Source: Octopus bimaculoides
Lineage: Eukaryota
Direction: 5' to 3'
DNA: 64,000 nt
NCBI RefSeq assembly: GCF_001194135.2
Contig: NC_068989.1
Coordinates: forward strand, 2,561,270-2,625,269
Within the stretch, counting starts at the first letter, position 1; each line of letters opens with the position of its first letter. Shown here piece after piece: positions 25,101 to 38,169 of the stretch. A program made the position numbers and the translations under genes. The notes beneath the pieces were generated by a model that saw only the letters and a program-made list of their open reading frames with translations, had not been told where the DNA came from and searched no databases.

Positions 25101-27528
25101 NNNNNNNNNNNNNNNNNNNNNNNNNNNNNNNNNNNNNNNNNNNNNNNNNNNNNNNNNNNNNNNNNNNNNNNNNNNNNNNNNNNNNNNNNNNNNNNNNNNN
25201 NNNNNNNNNNNNNNNNNNNNNNNNNNNNNNNNNNNNNNNNNNNNNNNNNNNNNNNNNNNNNNNNNNNNNNNNNNNNNNNNNNNNNNNNNNNNNNNNNNNN
25301 NNNNNNNNNNNNNNNNNNNNNNNNNNNNNNNNNNNNNNNNNNNNNNNNNNNNNNNNNNNNNNNNNNNNNNNNNNNNNNNNNNNNNNNNNNNNNNNNNNNN
25401 NNNNNNNNNNNNNNNNNNNNNNNNNNNNNNNNNNNNNNNNNNNNNNNNNNNNNNNNNNNNNNNNNNNNNNNNNNNNNNNNNNNNNNNNNNNNNNNNNNNN
25501 NNNNNNNNNNNNNNNNNNNNNNNNNNNNNNNNNNNNNNNNNNNNNNNNNNNNNNNNNNNNNNNNNNNNNNNNNNNNNNNNNNNNNNNNNNNNNNNNNNNN
25601 NNNNNNNNNNNNNNNNNNNNNNNNNNNNNNNNNNNNNNNNNNNNNNNNNNNNNNNNNNNNNNNNNNNNNNNNNNNNNNNNNNNNNNNNNNNNNNNNNNNN
25701 NNNNNNNNNNNNNNNNNNNNNNNNNNNNNNNNNNNNNNNNNNNNNNNNNNNNNNNNNNNNNNNNNNNNNNNNNNNNNNNNNNNNNNNNNNNNNNNNNNNN
25801 NNNNNNNNNNNNNNNNNNNNNNNNNNNNNNNNNNNNNNNNNNNNNNNNNNNNNNNNNNNNNNNNNNNNNNNNNNNNNNNNNNNNNNNNNNNNNNNNNNNN
25901 NNNNNNNNNNNNNNNNNNNNNNNNNNNNNNNNNNNNNNNNNNNNNNNNNNNNNNNNNNNNNNNNNNNNNNNNNNNNTGTGTGTGTGTGTATCTTTGTCTA
26001 TCTGATTTGATACAAACATGTCGGTGGCCAGGATTCCACTAACGTATATCGTGAATTCATACAATGACTGGTTTAAGGCAATTACTGGCCAATAAATAAG
26101 ATTAAGGCTCATCACTTTTAATTTTGAACATTCTTGCAGTGCTGTGCCGATAATATTTCTGTCCCAATGGTCATGACCTCTCTGACCCAAATTTCGTTAC
26201 ACTCCAGTATTAATCGATTAATTGCTTCCGGTCGGAAAGTAAGCAGTTCCCATGTTGTTATATTTATATTATATATGTTCTCTCCAGCCTCTCTCCCTCA
26301 CACACATGCACGCTCACGCATACATACTTACTTGCGTACGTTCGTACATATATACATACATGCATACATACATACATACATACATACATGCGTATATACA
26401 TACGTATATACATGCATACATACATGCATACATACATGCATGCATACATGCATACATACATATGTACGTATAAACATACATATATGCATACATACATATG
26501 TACATGCATACATAGATACGTACGTACATACATGCATACATACATGCATGCATACATATATACATGTATACATACATGCATACATACAATGTGTGTATGT
26601 GCTTGTATGTGTGTGTGTGTACACGAAAGAACTGATTGAACTTTTTCTACATCAGTCTGTCACGAGGTTGTCTGAATTATATCCTTTACTATTTTCNNNN
26701 NNNNNNNNNNNNNNNNNNNNNNNNNNNNNNNNNNNNNNNNNNNNNNNNNNNNNNNNNNNNNNNNNNNNNNNNNNNNNNNNNNNNNNNNNNNNNNNNNNNN
26801 NNNNNNNNNNNNNNNNNNNNNNNNNNNNNNNNNNNNNNNNNNNNNNNNNNNNNNNNNNNNNNNNNNNNNNNNNNNNNNNNNNNNNNNNNNNNNNNNNNNN
26901 NNNNNNNNNNNNNNNNNNNNNNNNNNNNNNNNNNNNNNNNNNNNNNNNNNNNNNNNNNNNNNNNNNNNNNNNNNNNNNNNNNNNNNNNNNNNNNNNNNNN
27001 NNNNNNNNNNNNNNNNNNNNNNNNNNNNNNNNNNNNNNNNNNNNNNNNNNNNNNNNNNNNNNNNNNNNNNNNNNNNNNNNNNNNNNNNNNNNNNNNNNNN
27101 NNNNNNNNNNNNNNNNNNNNNNNNNNNNNNNNNNNNNNNNNNNNNNNNNNNNNNNNNNNNNNNNNNNNNNNNNNNNNNNNNNNNNNNNNNNNNNNNNNNN
27201 NNNNNNNNNNNNNNNNNNNNNNNNNNNNNNNNNNNNNNNNNNNNNNNNNNNNNNNNNNNNNNNNNNNNNNNNNNNNNNNNNNNNNNNNNNNNNNNNNNNN
27301 NNNNNNNNNNNNNNNNNNNNNNNNNNNNNNNNNNNNNNNNNNNNNNNNNNNNNNNNNNNNNNNNNNNNNNNNNNNNNNNNNNNNNNNNNNNNNNNNNNNN
27401 NNNNNNNNNNNNNNNNNNNNNNNNNNNNNNNNNNNNNNNNNNNNNNNNNNNNNNNNNNNNNNNNNACAATGCACTATAATACAAAAAATGGAGTATATGC
27501 CTGTTTTAATTTAGTTATCTATAGTCCG

Positions 27529-27561
27529 ATGATATTTCGGAATACAATTCCTTCTTCAGAT
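27529..27561 (-). ncRNA. Minimal hammerhead-like motif (intact core and stem II, weak stem I)
   Basis: Minus strand AT-CTGAAGA-A-GGAAT-TGT-ATTCC-GAAA-TA-TC-AT. It has a perfect 5-bp stem II, a palindromic ATAT stem III and an AUC triplet, but only 2 bp of stem I. Confidence 0.5.
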
Positions 27562-27573
27562 ATTCTTAGATGG

Positions 27574-27614
<41 letters not shown>

Positions 27615-28711
27615 CACACTTATATACTCATACATATTTATATAAATGTATATACACACATATGCATATGTAAGATGTAAAAACAAATAGTTGTGTAACT
27701 ATAAAATAAAATGTGTGTTTGTGTGTATGTAAGTGTGGTTATAAATGTATGCGTCTGGATTTGTCTATGAATGTCCTTGTGTGTACGTACGGTGTGCGGG
27801 GATGCGTGCGACAAGTGCAGACGTTTGCCGGTGTCGCAGCTGGAGAATGTTCCACCGTGGGGTAGCTTTGGAGCTTACAGCCATCCGCCAGCATGGCTTC
27901 TGCACCAGGCTTATACAGCAAACCAAAAAGGCTTCAGTCTCACATAGCTGCAATGCTGATATTTTCACGCACGAGTGAATATGCTTCGGTAGGACACGAG
28001 TCGTTAAACCATTGATGGAATGTCTGTTGTATTCGTTACGATTGTTTGTGTTCAGAAGAAAACATCAAAACCGTTGATAGTGTTGGCAAATCCGGAAGCG
28101 CATGTCTCCATATTCTATCAGATCGCTCTCAGTATCAACAGACCAGAGGGCAGGAGTAAATACAAGGCTGCGTTCAAGTCATATGCACTCCATGATAAAC
28201 GTGTACATACACACGCACATACACACACGCGCACACACGCGCACATATACACACGCGCACACACATATATATAATTTCCTATAGCTATCAACACATAATC
28301 ATTTACGTGTGTATGTGCATATGTATACATTATATACATGTGCGGTTGTGTGGCTGTTTGCGTGTGTAGGTGTGCATAGGATTCCTGTATATATTTCGCT
28401 CATCTGCACATCACACAAAATGAATGTATACATCGTGACTATTTGACGTACATTATCGCAAAAGAGGTCTTTCCCTCAGATTTCCCCGGTTATATATTCT
28501 CATCTTGCCCTGGTGTCAACTTCCATATCATCAAACCTAATTTTCAACATTATTTTTTATAACATTTTCTCACACTATTGTTTTCAACTTCTTGTATCAA
28601 AATATTGTTGTTTATGAATTTCCTTCCCTCCACTGATGTACATTCAAAAATGTGTTCAATAAAAATATCTATATCATGCATCTACGAAACGCCTTCTTCT
28701 TTTATTATTTT

Positions 28712-28790
28712 GTTCTTTTGTTTCAGTTATTTGACTGCAGCCCTGCTGGAGCACCGCCTTTTAGTCGAGCAAATCAACATCATAGGAGGC
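28712..28790 (-). mobile_element. SINE family B 3' tail fragment
   Basis: TTTTGTTTCAGTTATTTGACTGCAGCCCTGCTGGAGCACCGCCTTTTAGTCGAGCAAATC. Confidence 0.65.
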
Positions 28791-30779
28791 ACTTAATTAA
28801 GAAATAACATTAATCCTACGACAATATACATAGTTAAGTAAAATATCCTAATTTTAATTGCCTTATTGTCCTAGTGAATATAAGTGTTAAAACTTTATTC
28901 CGCCACCAAATGCCAGATATATAAACTAAATTCTTAACCTACTTAATCGCAGTCCTTAGTGAGCCAGTGATCGTAACATTATCACTAATCCTAATTTTTA
29001 AACATAAAATTATGGACGAAAGATATGCATCTCTGAAGATTTGCTAATACCACTGGATTATATAGTTTGTATTATGAATGGAAGTCACGCATCTCTGAAG
29101 ATTTTACAATGTGTTGTATAATTTATATAATTGATAGTCTAACTTTGCGAATGAAATGCACGTAAGATGATAAATCTCACCCGTTTTGGTTTTTAAAGCT
29201 CTGTGACATATCCAGCTATAGAATCCAACCAAATTATATCAAGAATATAATACGAGTCCATCGCACGGTTTCCTTTCAGATACACGAAGATACATATGGA
29301 ATTATAAATACAGGTTATTTGTTACGCAATTTAAATTTAAGTCGTACCATATGCATACGTACATACACACAAACACAAATATACTCGCGCGCACACACGT
29401 ATATACATATATATATGATATATCGCATATGTATATATTCACATGTAGAAGGTGATAACAAATATAATTTCAAAAACATTATGAAACAAATTCGAGTTTC
29501 AGCTCAATATTCTTCTTTGCAAAAAATAAATTAATTTCTAAAAATATATGCAGCGAATGATTCAGTAATCTATGAAAAGGATTTGCCTGCGGAAGCCCAA
29601 AAATTTAATTAGAATTCTAGTTAATACCCAAAACAAAATTTTACCATTGTTGGTATTTTTTCATGTTTTCTTATATCTTTTTACATTATCTCAAAGCAGT
29701 TAATTGGAATAATTTCTCATCGAAACAAATGCCAGAAAAATCTTTCAATTAGAGGATGGTGGTGAGATAGTAAGTGGCAACAAAGCCGTTCTCTAGCTTC
29801 AAACATCAGAAGTTTTTACCCCGGAGTAAAATGTAAATCATAAGAAATGAATTACAAAGAAAATAAAGCGAAAGCTCTTCTGCTGACGAAGGAGAGGAAA
29901 TGAGAAAACGGGATTCATTACGAAGCTGATAGGAGTGTTCTTTTCTTTCTTTTGCTTTTCGTTTTTGTTTTCTTTTTTTTTTGGCTTTTGGGCACTGTAG
30001 AGCATTACAGTTTTCAATAGTTGCATTACAATATAATATTTTGGTCTACATGCATATCCAATACTTTCTTTTCTAATGATAGTCGAACCTAGAACATTAC
30101 ATAAAAACGACTACCCTTTAAAATAGTACAAATCTCACCCCTCCCACTTATCTCCCAACCCTCCACTTCTACTCCTCTCAATATCCTGATCACTCACCGC
30201 CTCCATCTTCCTGATCTGACTCCCTTACTTTTCTTGTCCCTCCTTGCTTCAACACTCCCCACACACCCATCGATCTCCCTACTTCTTCCAACCACTACTG
30301 CTTGCCTTCCTCTTTGCCCATCGTGATTTGAAATGTTAGATTTCTATCTCTTCATCTTGAGGAGAGGGGACAAATCTACTCAATGCTTATTTTTCTAAGG
30401 GGGCTAGATTTAGGNNNNNNNNNNNNNNNNNNNNNNNNNNNNNNNNNNNNNNNNNNNNNNNNNNNNNNNNNNNNNNNNNNNNNNNNNNNNNNNNNNNNNN
30501 NNNNNNNNNNNNNNNNNNNNNNNNNNNNNNNNNNNNNNNNNNNNNNNNNNNNNNNNNNNNNNNNNNNNNNGGTGGTGATCGTCGTCGTCGTCGTGGAACT
30601 AGATAATGTCCCGGGTTCTTATTCGTTTAATCCGGCTAGAGGTCTTAACTGAGTGGGGACAAAGCATCGAAGAGGTGCACGCTAGTGTCTGTTTCAGTGA
30701 GCTGCGATTTATATAGGATTTGGGTTCATCTTGTAGAAAGGTTGTTCGTTCGATCGTCTGTTACTCTGAAATTTGGACG

Positions 30780-30830
30780 GGTATTGGAGTGGTGGCATAG
30801 GGGAGATTTTACGTCCATGAACTGGGGTGG
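30780..30830 (-). mobile_element. Possible Penelope-like RT motif remnant
   Basis: The minus strand reads FMDVKS then, with a +1 shift, YATTP (cf. PLE RT MDVKSLYTxIP). Confidence 0.3.
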
Positions 30831-30959
30831 GGACTGGTTTCAGTTCTGGGTTCAGTGAAGGAGGAATATTCCACAAGATGATATATTCGATTGAGTTTTT
30901 ATTACCGGCACGTTGTAGGGCACAATTGTTATATTATATTATTAACTTCTCTTTCTGTA

Positions 30960-31180
30960 ATAACGTTAAACCTGCTAATTTCTTGACCGTAAACTTCTAC
31001 CCATACCACAAACATGGAGAAAACGCAACCGATAATAACACCGGTTCCTCACTAAATAACAATCCCATCACAAATTCATCCGGAACCTACAAGCTTATGC
31101 ACTTTCAGCTAGCTGGAGGGGAAGTCTTCCTGTGGTTATAAACTACAGTAGCATCGTCCACTATGGGTCAGACACATTTA
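30960..31180 (+). mobile_element. Possible Penelope-like RT thumb remnant
   Basis: ANFLTVNFYPYHKHGEN...SSLNNNP resembles the recalled PLE pattern VNFLD...YxPYHKP...SNHP. Confidence 0.3.
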
Positions 31181-31837
31181 GGTGGCAAATATACTTCACA
31201 ATTTATATATATNNNNNNNNNNNNNNNNNNNNNNNNNNNNNNNNNNNNNNNNNNNNNNNNNNNNNNNNNNNNNNNNNNNNNNNNNNNNNNNNNNNNNNNN
31301 NNNNNNNNNNNNNNNNNNNNNNNNNNNNNNNNNNNATATATATATATATATATATATAACTAATACGAAGAGTGATGAGTAAATATATTCAAGTCATGCA
31401 ATGAAGTAAATTACTTGCTTATCTGCAGACGAACTGTTTTGTAATTCCAAAAGATAGCTTTACATAGATGTGAATTCCATGTATTGTTTTCGCCAGTCAG
31501 GAAGTCTAGAGTCAAGACATGTTTTATGTATATATCTGAAATATGCTGAACAAAATTACTTTTTAATTTGCTGTAGAAATAGCATTGCAATATCGCTCGA
31601 AATTTTGTAAAGTACGTTGAAAAAATATACTTGAAACATATACGTAGAGGTATGAGCTATTAAACAATTGTATTTATAAATATTTCGCTTATATATTGGA
31701 ATTATTTTCATTTTAGGATATTTTTTAGAGAGAACTCACAATATGAATAGAATGAATCAATCTCAAAATGGTGTAAATGCAATACAATATACAGCTAATG
31801 TGAAAAGGCTACAGAAGATATAAGCGATATATATGCA

Positions 31838-31897
<60 letters not shown>

Positions 31898-32299
31898 CAC
31901 ATATATACGCAGGCATATATATAAATATTTACATATATGTGTATATATAAAAATGTGTGTGTATATATTTTTAAACGCACACGTAGGGAGAGACAGAGAG
32001 TGTTGGACACATTGTTTCTGGTAGACAGGAAATCTAGGATGTCATGATAGCTTCAGCAGCGGAGATACAAGCAGAATCATGCATACATGTGGCTGTCTAT
32101 ATACAATGACATTGAAAACTAATGTAATGCGACAATAACAAACATATTAATAAAAGTAATAGCTTCAGGTTGTTGCGCAAATCTCTTTAGAACTTTGACT
32201 GAACTTTCGAAATCTGTCACAAAAAAAAAATGAATTCATAAATTAAATTGTGAAAATTAGCTATTTTAGAAATGTATATCATTGATACAAGCAATGATC

Positions 32300-32448
32300 T
32301 GTTGTTGAGATGCTCGCTTTTAAACATGTGGTTTCGGGTTCAGTCAAACTGCACGGCATCTCGGCCTAGTGTCTTCTACTATAGCCCTTGGTCATTCAGT
32401 GCCTTGTATATAAATTGGCTCGATAAAAATTGTTCAGAAGCCCGTCGG
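32300..32448 (+). mobile_element. Diverged SINE family B head
   Basis: CATGTGGTTTCGGGTTCAGTC...AGTGTCTTCTACTATAGCC...GAAGCCCGTCG. Confidence 0.7.
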
Positions 32449-32665
32449 ATGGATTTCCTCATTAATTGAAAGTCACAACTCAGTCAGACAATGTGCCATG
32501 TTGATTCTGCCTTTGAACGACATTAGGTGCATACGTTTCTGTGGAATACGCAGCCAATTATATGCTGATTCAATGAGCATGTAATTCAGTTGACTGAATG
32601 ACTAAATCATCCATTGTCATAATCGATGACAGTCTGAACAAGGTTAACACTGCTTTCCAAAGTTT

Positions 32666-32708
<43 letters not shown>

Positions 32709-32776
32709 TGCCGAACCGCTGAAATCAACAAGTTTATTTCATTCTCTCTCTGTTTATTTTCTCTTATTCTTTTCTG

Positions 32777-32890
32777 CTGAAGAGCCTAGGCTCGAAACGT
32801 AAAAGACTTTTTCATTTTCCCGAGCGTCAAACTAAAACACCTGCTTGTTGTTCATACACCTGTCTTCGTCTTTTGTGTTTTTATAAATTT
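32777..32890 (+). mobile_element. PLE-type terminal sequence with hammerhead-like motif
   Basis: CTGAAGA (32777-83), GCCTAGGCTC, GAAAC-GTA (32794-801; palindromic ACGT stem III), followed by a tail containing CGTCAAACTAAAACA that recurs in reverse complement at 61712-61730. Stem II register is imperfect. Confidence 0.5.
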
Positions 32891-33102
32891 CAACNNNNNN
32901 NNNNNNNNNNNNNNNNNNNNNNNNNNNNNNNNNNNNNNNNNNNNNNNNNNNNNNNNNNNNNNNNNNNNNNNNNNNNNNNNNNNNNNNNNNNNNNNNNNNN
33001 NNNNNNNNNNNNNNNNNNNNNNNNNNNNNNNNNNNNNNNNNNNNNNNNNNNNNNNNNNNNNNNNNNNNNNNNNNNNNNNNNNNATATATATATATATATA
33101 TA

Positions 33103-33202
33103 TACGACGGGCTTCTTTCAGTTTCCGCCTACCAAATCCACTCATAAAACTTTGGTCGTTTCGAGGCTATAGTATAAGACACTTGCCAATGATGCTGCGC
33201 CA
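33103..33202 (-). mobile_element. SINE family B head-body fragment
   Basis: TACGACGGGCTTCTTTCAGTTTCCGCCTACCAAATCCACTCA...GAGGCTATAGT-TAAGACACTTGCC. Confidence 0.8.
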
Positions 33203-33232
<30 letters not shown>

Positions 33233-33235
<3 letters not shown>

Positions 33236-33298
33236 TAGCTTGCTAACCAAGCACATGGTTCCGGGTTCAGTCCTACTGCGTAGCACTTTGAGCAAAGC
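33233..33298 (+). mobile_element. SINE family B head fragment
   Basis: AAGTAGCTTGCT...CACATGGTTCCGGGTTCAGTCCTACTGCGTAGCAC. Confidence 0.75.
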
Positions 33299-33389
33299 AT
33301 AGTAAGATACTGTTTTATTAAAGCCGAAAAAAACCTTCACCAGCTGTCACTTAGTTTAACATATCCGTTCGTCAGACTGTTGTGATAAT

Positions 33390-33429
33390 ACAGTCTGACG
33401 AACGCTCACGTGGAACTCTGAGTAACAGT
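33390..33429 (+). ncRNA. Type-I hammerhead-like motif with one core substitution (A13G)
   Basis: ACAGT-CTGACGA-ACG-CTCA-CGT-GGAA-C-T-CTG-A-GTA-ACAGT. Stem I is 4/5 paired, stem II 3 bp, stem III 3 bp, with a GUA triplet. GAAA is altered to GGAA. Confidence 0.5.
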
Positions 33430-34528
33430 TTGTGAAGATTTTTTTCGGCATTAATAAAATAGGGTGTATCGGGAAGGCAACGAAAAAGACGATGCCGCAG
33501 TTTCGTGCTGAGAGACGTACACATGATTTGTTGATGCTAATCAAATGTTCGTGTTGTACCTGAACCCATTTCCGCCACCAAAGCAACATTACCTGTACAG
33601 GTGGACGATGTATATATATATGTACATATATATGTACATATATATGTACGCATGTTCAAGTATATGTATCCATATATTTTAAGCAGTATTATATAAGTTT
33701 TGCTTCAATATCGGAGCTATTATACATTCACGTGTCAAAGAAGCAACACATATTTTAAATTATCATTTCGTACGTTTGCCTTGTAATAGATCAATGCAAG
33801 CTCACATTACTATTGTTTAGAAGAACATATATTCTGTAGAACTTGTATCGTTTCACTGTAATCGACACGGTCGTTGTCATTGCGCATGGGACACTATCCT
33901 AGGACGACTTTAAGGAAAATGGCTGCCTTGCAAGACTTTACCATCTACAATCGATGAATATTACTAATATTTGTTTAGCGAAGCAATATAAAATTATAGT
34001 TATTTTTTTTTATATCTCTGCTTTTTTTTTTTAAAGTTTCTAATGGAATGTTGACCAGATGAATACGTGATTTCGAAAAAGTTACCCAAAAGAAAATCAA
34101 TATCCGTTTTTGCAGATGGTTTGCTATAGTTTCATTTAGATTTAAATAGAATAGTTTTGTTGGGAGAAACATTTCTTTTTTGCTTCTCTGCTCCATTCGC
34201 GAGCGACATTTTATTCGCTTCCCAGTGTTATTTTCTGATATACTACATATCAGAAAGGAAAACGTATTTTCACGTGAGTATAAATTTTATAATTAATTTA
34301 TTGCAATTATACATTGAGAATATGTCTAAGTTTTATGCAAGAAAAGATGGGAAAAGATAGCGGAGAAGCAAAGACAGCGCAGTGGCTGGAAACTGCACGG
34401 AAGCTCAAAATGTCGTGACGCTGAACAACGTTTTGCTGTATTTAGTTCAATCCATCTACGACATGAATTTACATTCTACTGATGTCGATTTTTGATTGAC
34501 ATAGTTAAGGACTTCGATACAATATATC

Positions 34529-34604
<76 letters not shown>

Positions 34605-35495
34605 CTCCGGTGTGAGCGGTTGTCTACTTAATATGCAAGATTCTCCATTGAATTTGGGATGAATTTCATGTCCAGCATTAATTCCATAATCATCAGTCTT
34701 GCTAAACAACCGGTTATTCTGATGAGTAGATTCAGTGAAGAATTAACTTTTTTTATTCGAAACCGTAATGATATTCGTCTCAAGCTTGGTTTTTAACGTG
34801 CCTGGCGCAGAAACGAGAAAGACAAACAGCATTTGTTTTAGTTTTGGCCGGAGAAGACAGCGAAATTATAAAGTTCATTGTTCTCGGAGTTGTATCATCA
34901 ATAATAACATATTTAATTTATATAGAATGGCAAACATTGATCTCTCCCTTGTCTATAGGATTGGAATGGCAACTACACTGTGATGAACTTTTCCAAAATT
35001 GAATTATGTCACGGTTAAACAATTACGCCGACAAGCAGCACTTGTGGAGCGCAAGACATGGATTGATGAGAATAATTTTATTATACCTAAAAGCAATGAA
35101 TGTGTGGACGCTTTTATTTCCAAAAGCGTCCAAACTACATAAATAACATTATAGGAATGTGTTTCTAAAAGTGATATCCCTATAACTACATTGATGACAT
35201 CACATGTCCCAACAGACCGCATTTCTAATACTACTCGTTTCACGCTATCAATTTCAATCTACGTTTTGACGGTCGAAACTATCTCAAGGTGGTTGTGCTT
35301 GACAAGAGGCGGTAGATTGAATCATTTTGTAGGCGAAGTCTAATTCATTTTTTGTTGACCAGTACATATGAACTGCTCAAGCTAAGAGGCGAAACGTTTG
35401 TGATCATGAGATATTTACTAAAGATATAAAACGGTTTCAAATAATAGATAGCTTATTCATAATCAGAAGAGAAAAAGTAATAAAAATGTTACATA

Positions 35496-35660
35496 GGCGC
35501 AGGAGTGCCTGTGTGGTAAGTAGCTTGCTTACCAACCACATGGTTCCGGGTTCAGTCCCACTGCGTGGAGACTTCGGCAAGTGTCTTCTACTATAGCCTC
35601 GGGCCGGCCAAAGCCTTGTGAGTGGATTTAGTAGATGGAAACTGAAAGAAGCCTGTCATA
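35496..35660 (+). mobile_element. SINE family B head (tRNA-derived, CORE-like body), running into (TA)n and a gap
   Basis: GGCGCAGGAGTGCCTGTGTGGTAAG (A box)...GGTTCAGTCCC (B box)...GGCAAGTGTCTTCTACTATAGCC...GGAAACTGAAAGAAGCC. Similarity to CORE-SINEs (octopus OR1/OR2 type) is from recall. Confidence 0.8.
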
Positions 35661-36689
35661 TATATATANNNNNNNNNNNNNNNNNNNNNNNNNNNNNNNN
35701 NNNNNNNNNNNNNNNNNNNNNNNNNNNNNNNNNNNNNNNNNNNNNNNNNNNNNNNNNNNNNNNNNNNNNNNNNNNNNNNNNNNNNNNNNNNNNNNNNNNN
35801 NNNNNNNNNNNNNNNNNNNNNNNNNNNNNNNNNNNNNNNNNNNNNNNNNNNNNNNNNNNNNNNNNNNNNNNNNNNNNNNNNNNNNNNNNNNNNNNNNNNN
35901 NNNNNNNNNNNNNNNNNNNNNNNNNNNNNNNNNNNNNNNNNNNNNNNNNNNNNNNNNNNNNNNNNNNNNNNNNNNNNNNNNNNNNNNNNNNNNNNNNNNN
36001 NNNNNNNNNNNNNNNNNNNNNNNNNNNNNNNNNNNNNNNNNNNNNNNNNNNNNNNNNNNNNNNNNNNNNNNNNNNNNNNNNNNNNNNNNNNNNNNNNNNN
36101 NNNNNNNNNNNNNNNNNNNNNNNNNNNNNNNNNNNNNNNNNNNNNNNNNNNNNNNNNNNNNNNNNNNNNNNNNNNNNNNNNNNNNNNNNNNNNNNNNNNN
36201 NNNNNNNNNNNNNNNNNNNNNNNNNNNNNNNNNNNNNNNNNNNNNNNNNNNNNNNNNNNNNNNNNNNNNNNNNNNNNNNNNNNNNNNNNNNNNNNNNNNN
36301 NNNNNNNNNNNNNNNNNNNNNNNNNNNNNNNNNNNNNNNNNNNNNNNNNNNNNNNNNNNNNNNNNNNNNNNNNNNNNNNNNNNNNNNNNNNNNNNNNNNN
36401 NNNNNNNNNNNNNNNNNNNNNNNNNNNNNNNNNNNNNNNNNNNNNNNNNNNNNNNNNNNNNNNNNNNNNNNNNNNNNNNNNNNNNNNNNNNNNNNNNNNN
36501 NNNNNNNNNNNNNNNNNNNNNNNNNNNNNNNNNNNNNNNNNNNNNNNNNNNNNNNNNNNNNNNNNNNNNNNNNNNNNNNNNNNNNNNNNNNNNNNNNNNN
36601 NNNNNNNNNNNNNNNNNNNNNNNNNNNNNNNNNNNNATCTATAATAACGTTAAATATGGGAAAGGGGTGGCGGGGGGAATGTAGTTGTC

Positions 36690-36845
36690 ATAAAAAGAGG
36701 AAAAGGAGAAAGAAAGAGAATAAAGAAAGAAAGAAAGAGAAAAAAGAAAGAAAGAAATGGAAAAAAAGAAAGATAGCAAAGGAAGAAAAGAGAGGAGAGA
36801 AAGGCTGGGGATAGGAAGGAAGAAGTAGAGAGAGAAAATAAGCAA
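36690..36845 (+). repeat. Polypurine (GA-rich) low-complexity tract
   Basis: Almost exclusively A/G over about 155 bp. It is the source of the K/E/R-rich pseudo-ORF. Confidence 0.85.
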
Positions 36846-37494
36846 GAACATATAGTGAACGTGCATAAAAATTTAGATTGCGCATATATGCGTATACAAA
36901 AATGTATATAGAGTCACGCATATAGATACATATGCTGATATGTACGCAAATAGTTACGATCAAAACCTTATACATGCGTATGTACACATACAAGTATATG
37001 TGAGTGTTGGCGTACATATCAGCATATGTATCTATATGCAGAATATTATGAGTCCTGTGGCGATGCTTATTACGGACGACGAACAGAACAAGTAACAGCA
37101 TTCGTCTCTTAAAGAAATTGAGTAATAAGATAGATTTCATGTTTGAAGAGAGAGAAAAAAGCTACTCTTGAGTATAAATTGATCACCCTAAAACAGAAAT
37201 TCCGGCAAGAGAAGAGGACACCTGAAAAGAAAAACTGTTTTAACAAAATATTCAATCAAAACCGATCAGCAATACACACCTTCTCTTCTTAAGAGGATGA
37301 GGATTCGTTCGGGGTAAAATTCTGGTGCAAAAGAATGAAGTTAACCAGGATGGCAAGAACAGAAATCTGAAATTAGTACTGCCCCTGCATTATACCGGTG
37401 AAATATCTCAATGTCACAATTCAAATAATCAAAATCGAAAGCGTGTTCATATGTGATAGATATCAGCACAGTTCCTGGCAACCAAATTCTGCTC

Positions 37495-37615
37495 CCAAGA
37501 CATTGGTTAACCTGAAGCTGCGGTAGAAGACACTTGCCCAAGATCCTACACAGTAGAGTCCGTCCGAATCCTAGCAGATCTGAAACGAAATTCTTAACCA
37601 AACCGGCTGCGCCCA
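37495..37615 (-). mobile_element. Diverged SINE family B head
   Basis: GTAGAAGACACTTGCCCAAG...CTTAACCAAACCGGCTGCGCCC. Confidence 0.55.
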
Positions 37616-38169
37616 TTGGTTGTTTTTAATGTGTAACAATAAAGTTATGGGAACATTAACCATTTGAAACACGTAAAAAATATTTACTTTTTCAAGCCTT
37701 TGTCAATAAACCTAATGTTAAAATTTTAAATAATGAAACAACATATACAAGAAAAAAATAAACGTAACGAGATTTGACTCCTAATTGTACCAGTTCAAAC
37801 ACTTCAGTTAAGAAAATATGATGTCGGATCATCTCTTGACATGTTGAGAGCTCGATGAACCTTGGGGAAAATGGTATTCTTAATAGAATTATGAACAATT
37901 TGCAACGAAGTGAAAAACAAAGTCATAATAAATAATCAAATGCTAAAATAAAATCGTACTTTTAAGAATGTATACATAAGAGTGATTCATGTCTGTCCAG
38001 TGAAGTATGTACATCCTGCGTGTCTATATGGTGAAGTAGCTAAGTTGGCGCTCACGCCTGAGATTGAAGAGACGAATGTCTGGATCAATAACTATTTTGA
38101 AATAACAAAAGTATTTCTTCTTTTCAGAGTTGTTTTCTCGCCCACATAAACGTACAAATAAGTATTGCC

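Noticed and set aside
29878-29920. CTGACGAAGG...GAGAAAAC (and similar motifs at 23075-23100, 35373-35400, 53610-53645, 55879-55900)
   Set aside because: The cores are partial and the stems are absent or 2 bp or shorter, which is compatible with chance.
32777-33429. Intact retrozyme (two hammerhead-bearing direct LTRs about 620 bp apart)
   Set aside because: The two motifs are co-oriented, but their stems and flanks are unrelated, so they are not direct repeats.
34721-34770. Hammerhead-like CTGATGA...GAAACCGTA
   Set aside because: Stem II pairs only out of register and stem I does not form.
36690-36845. Lys/Glu/Arg-rich protein segment
   Set aside because: It is the translation of a polypurine low-complexity tract.
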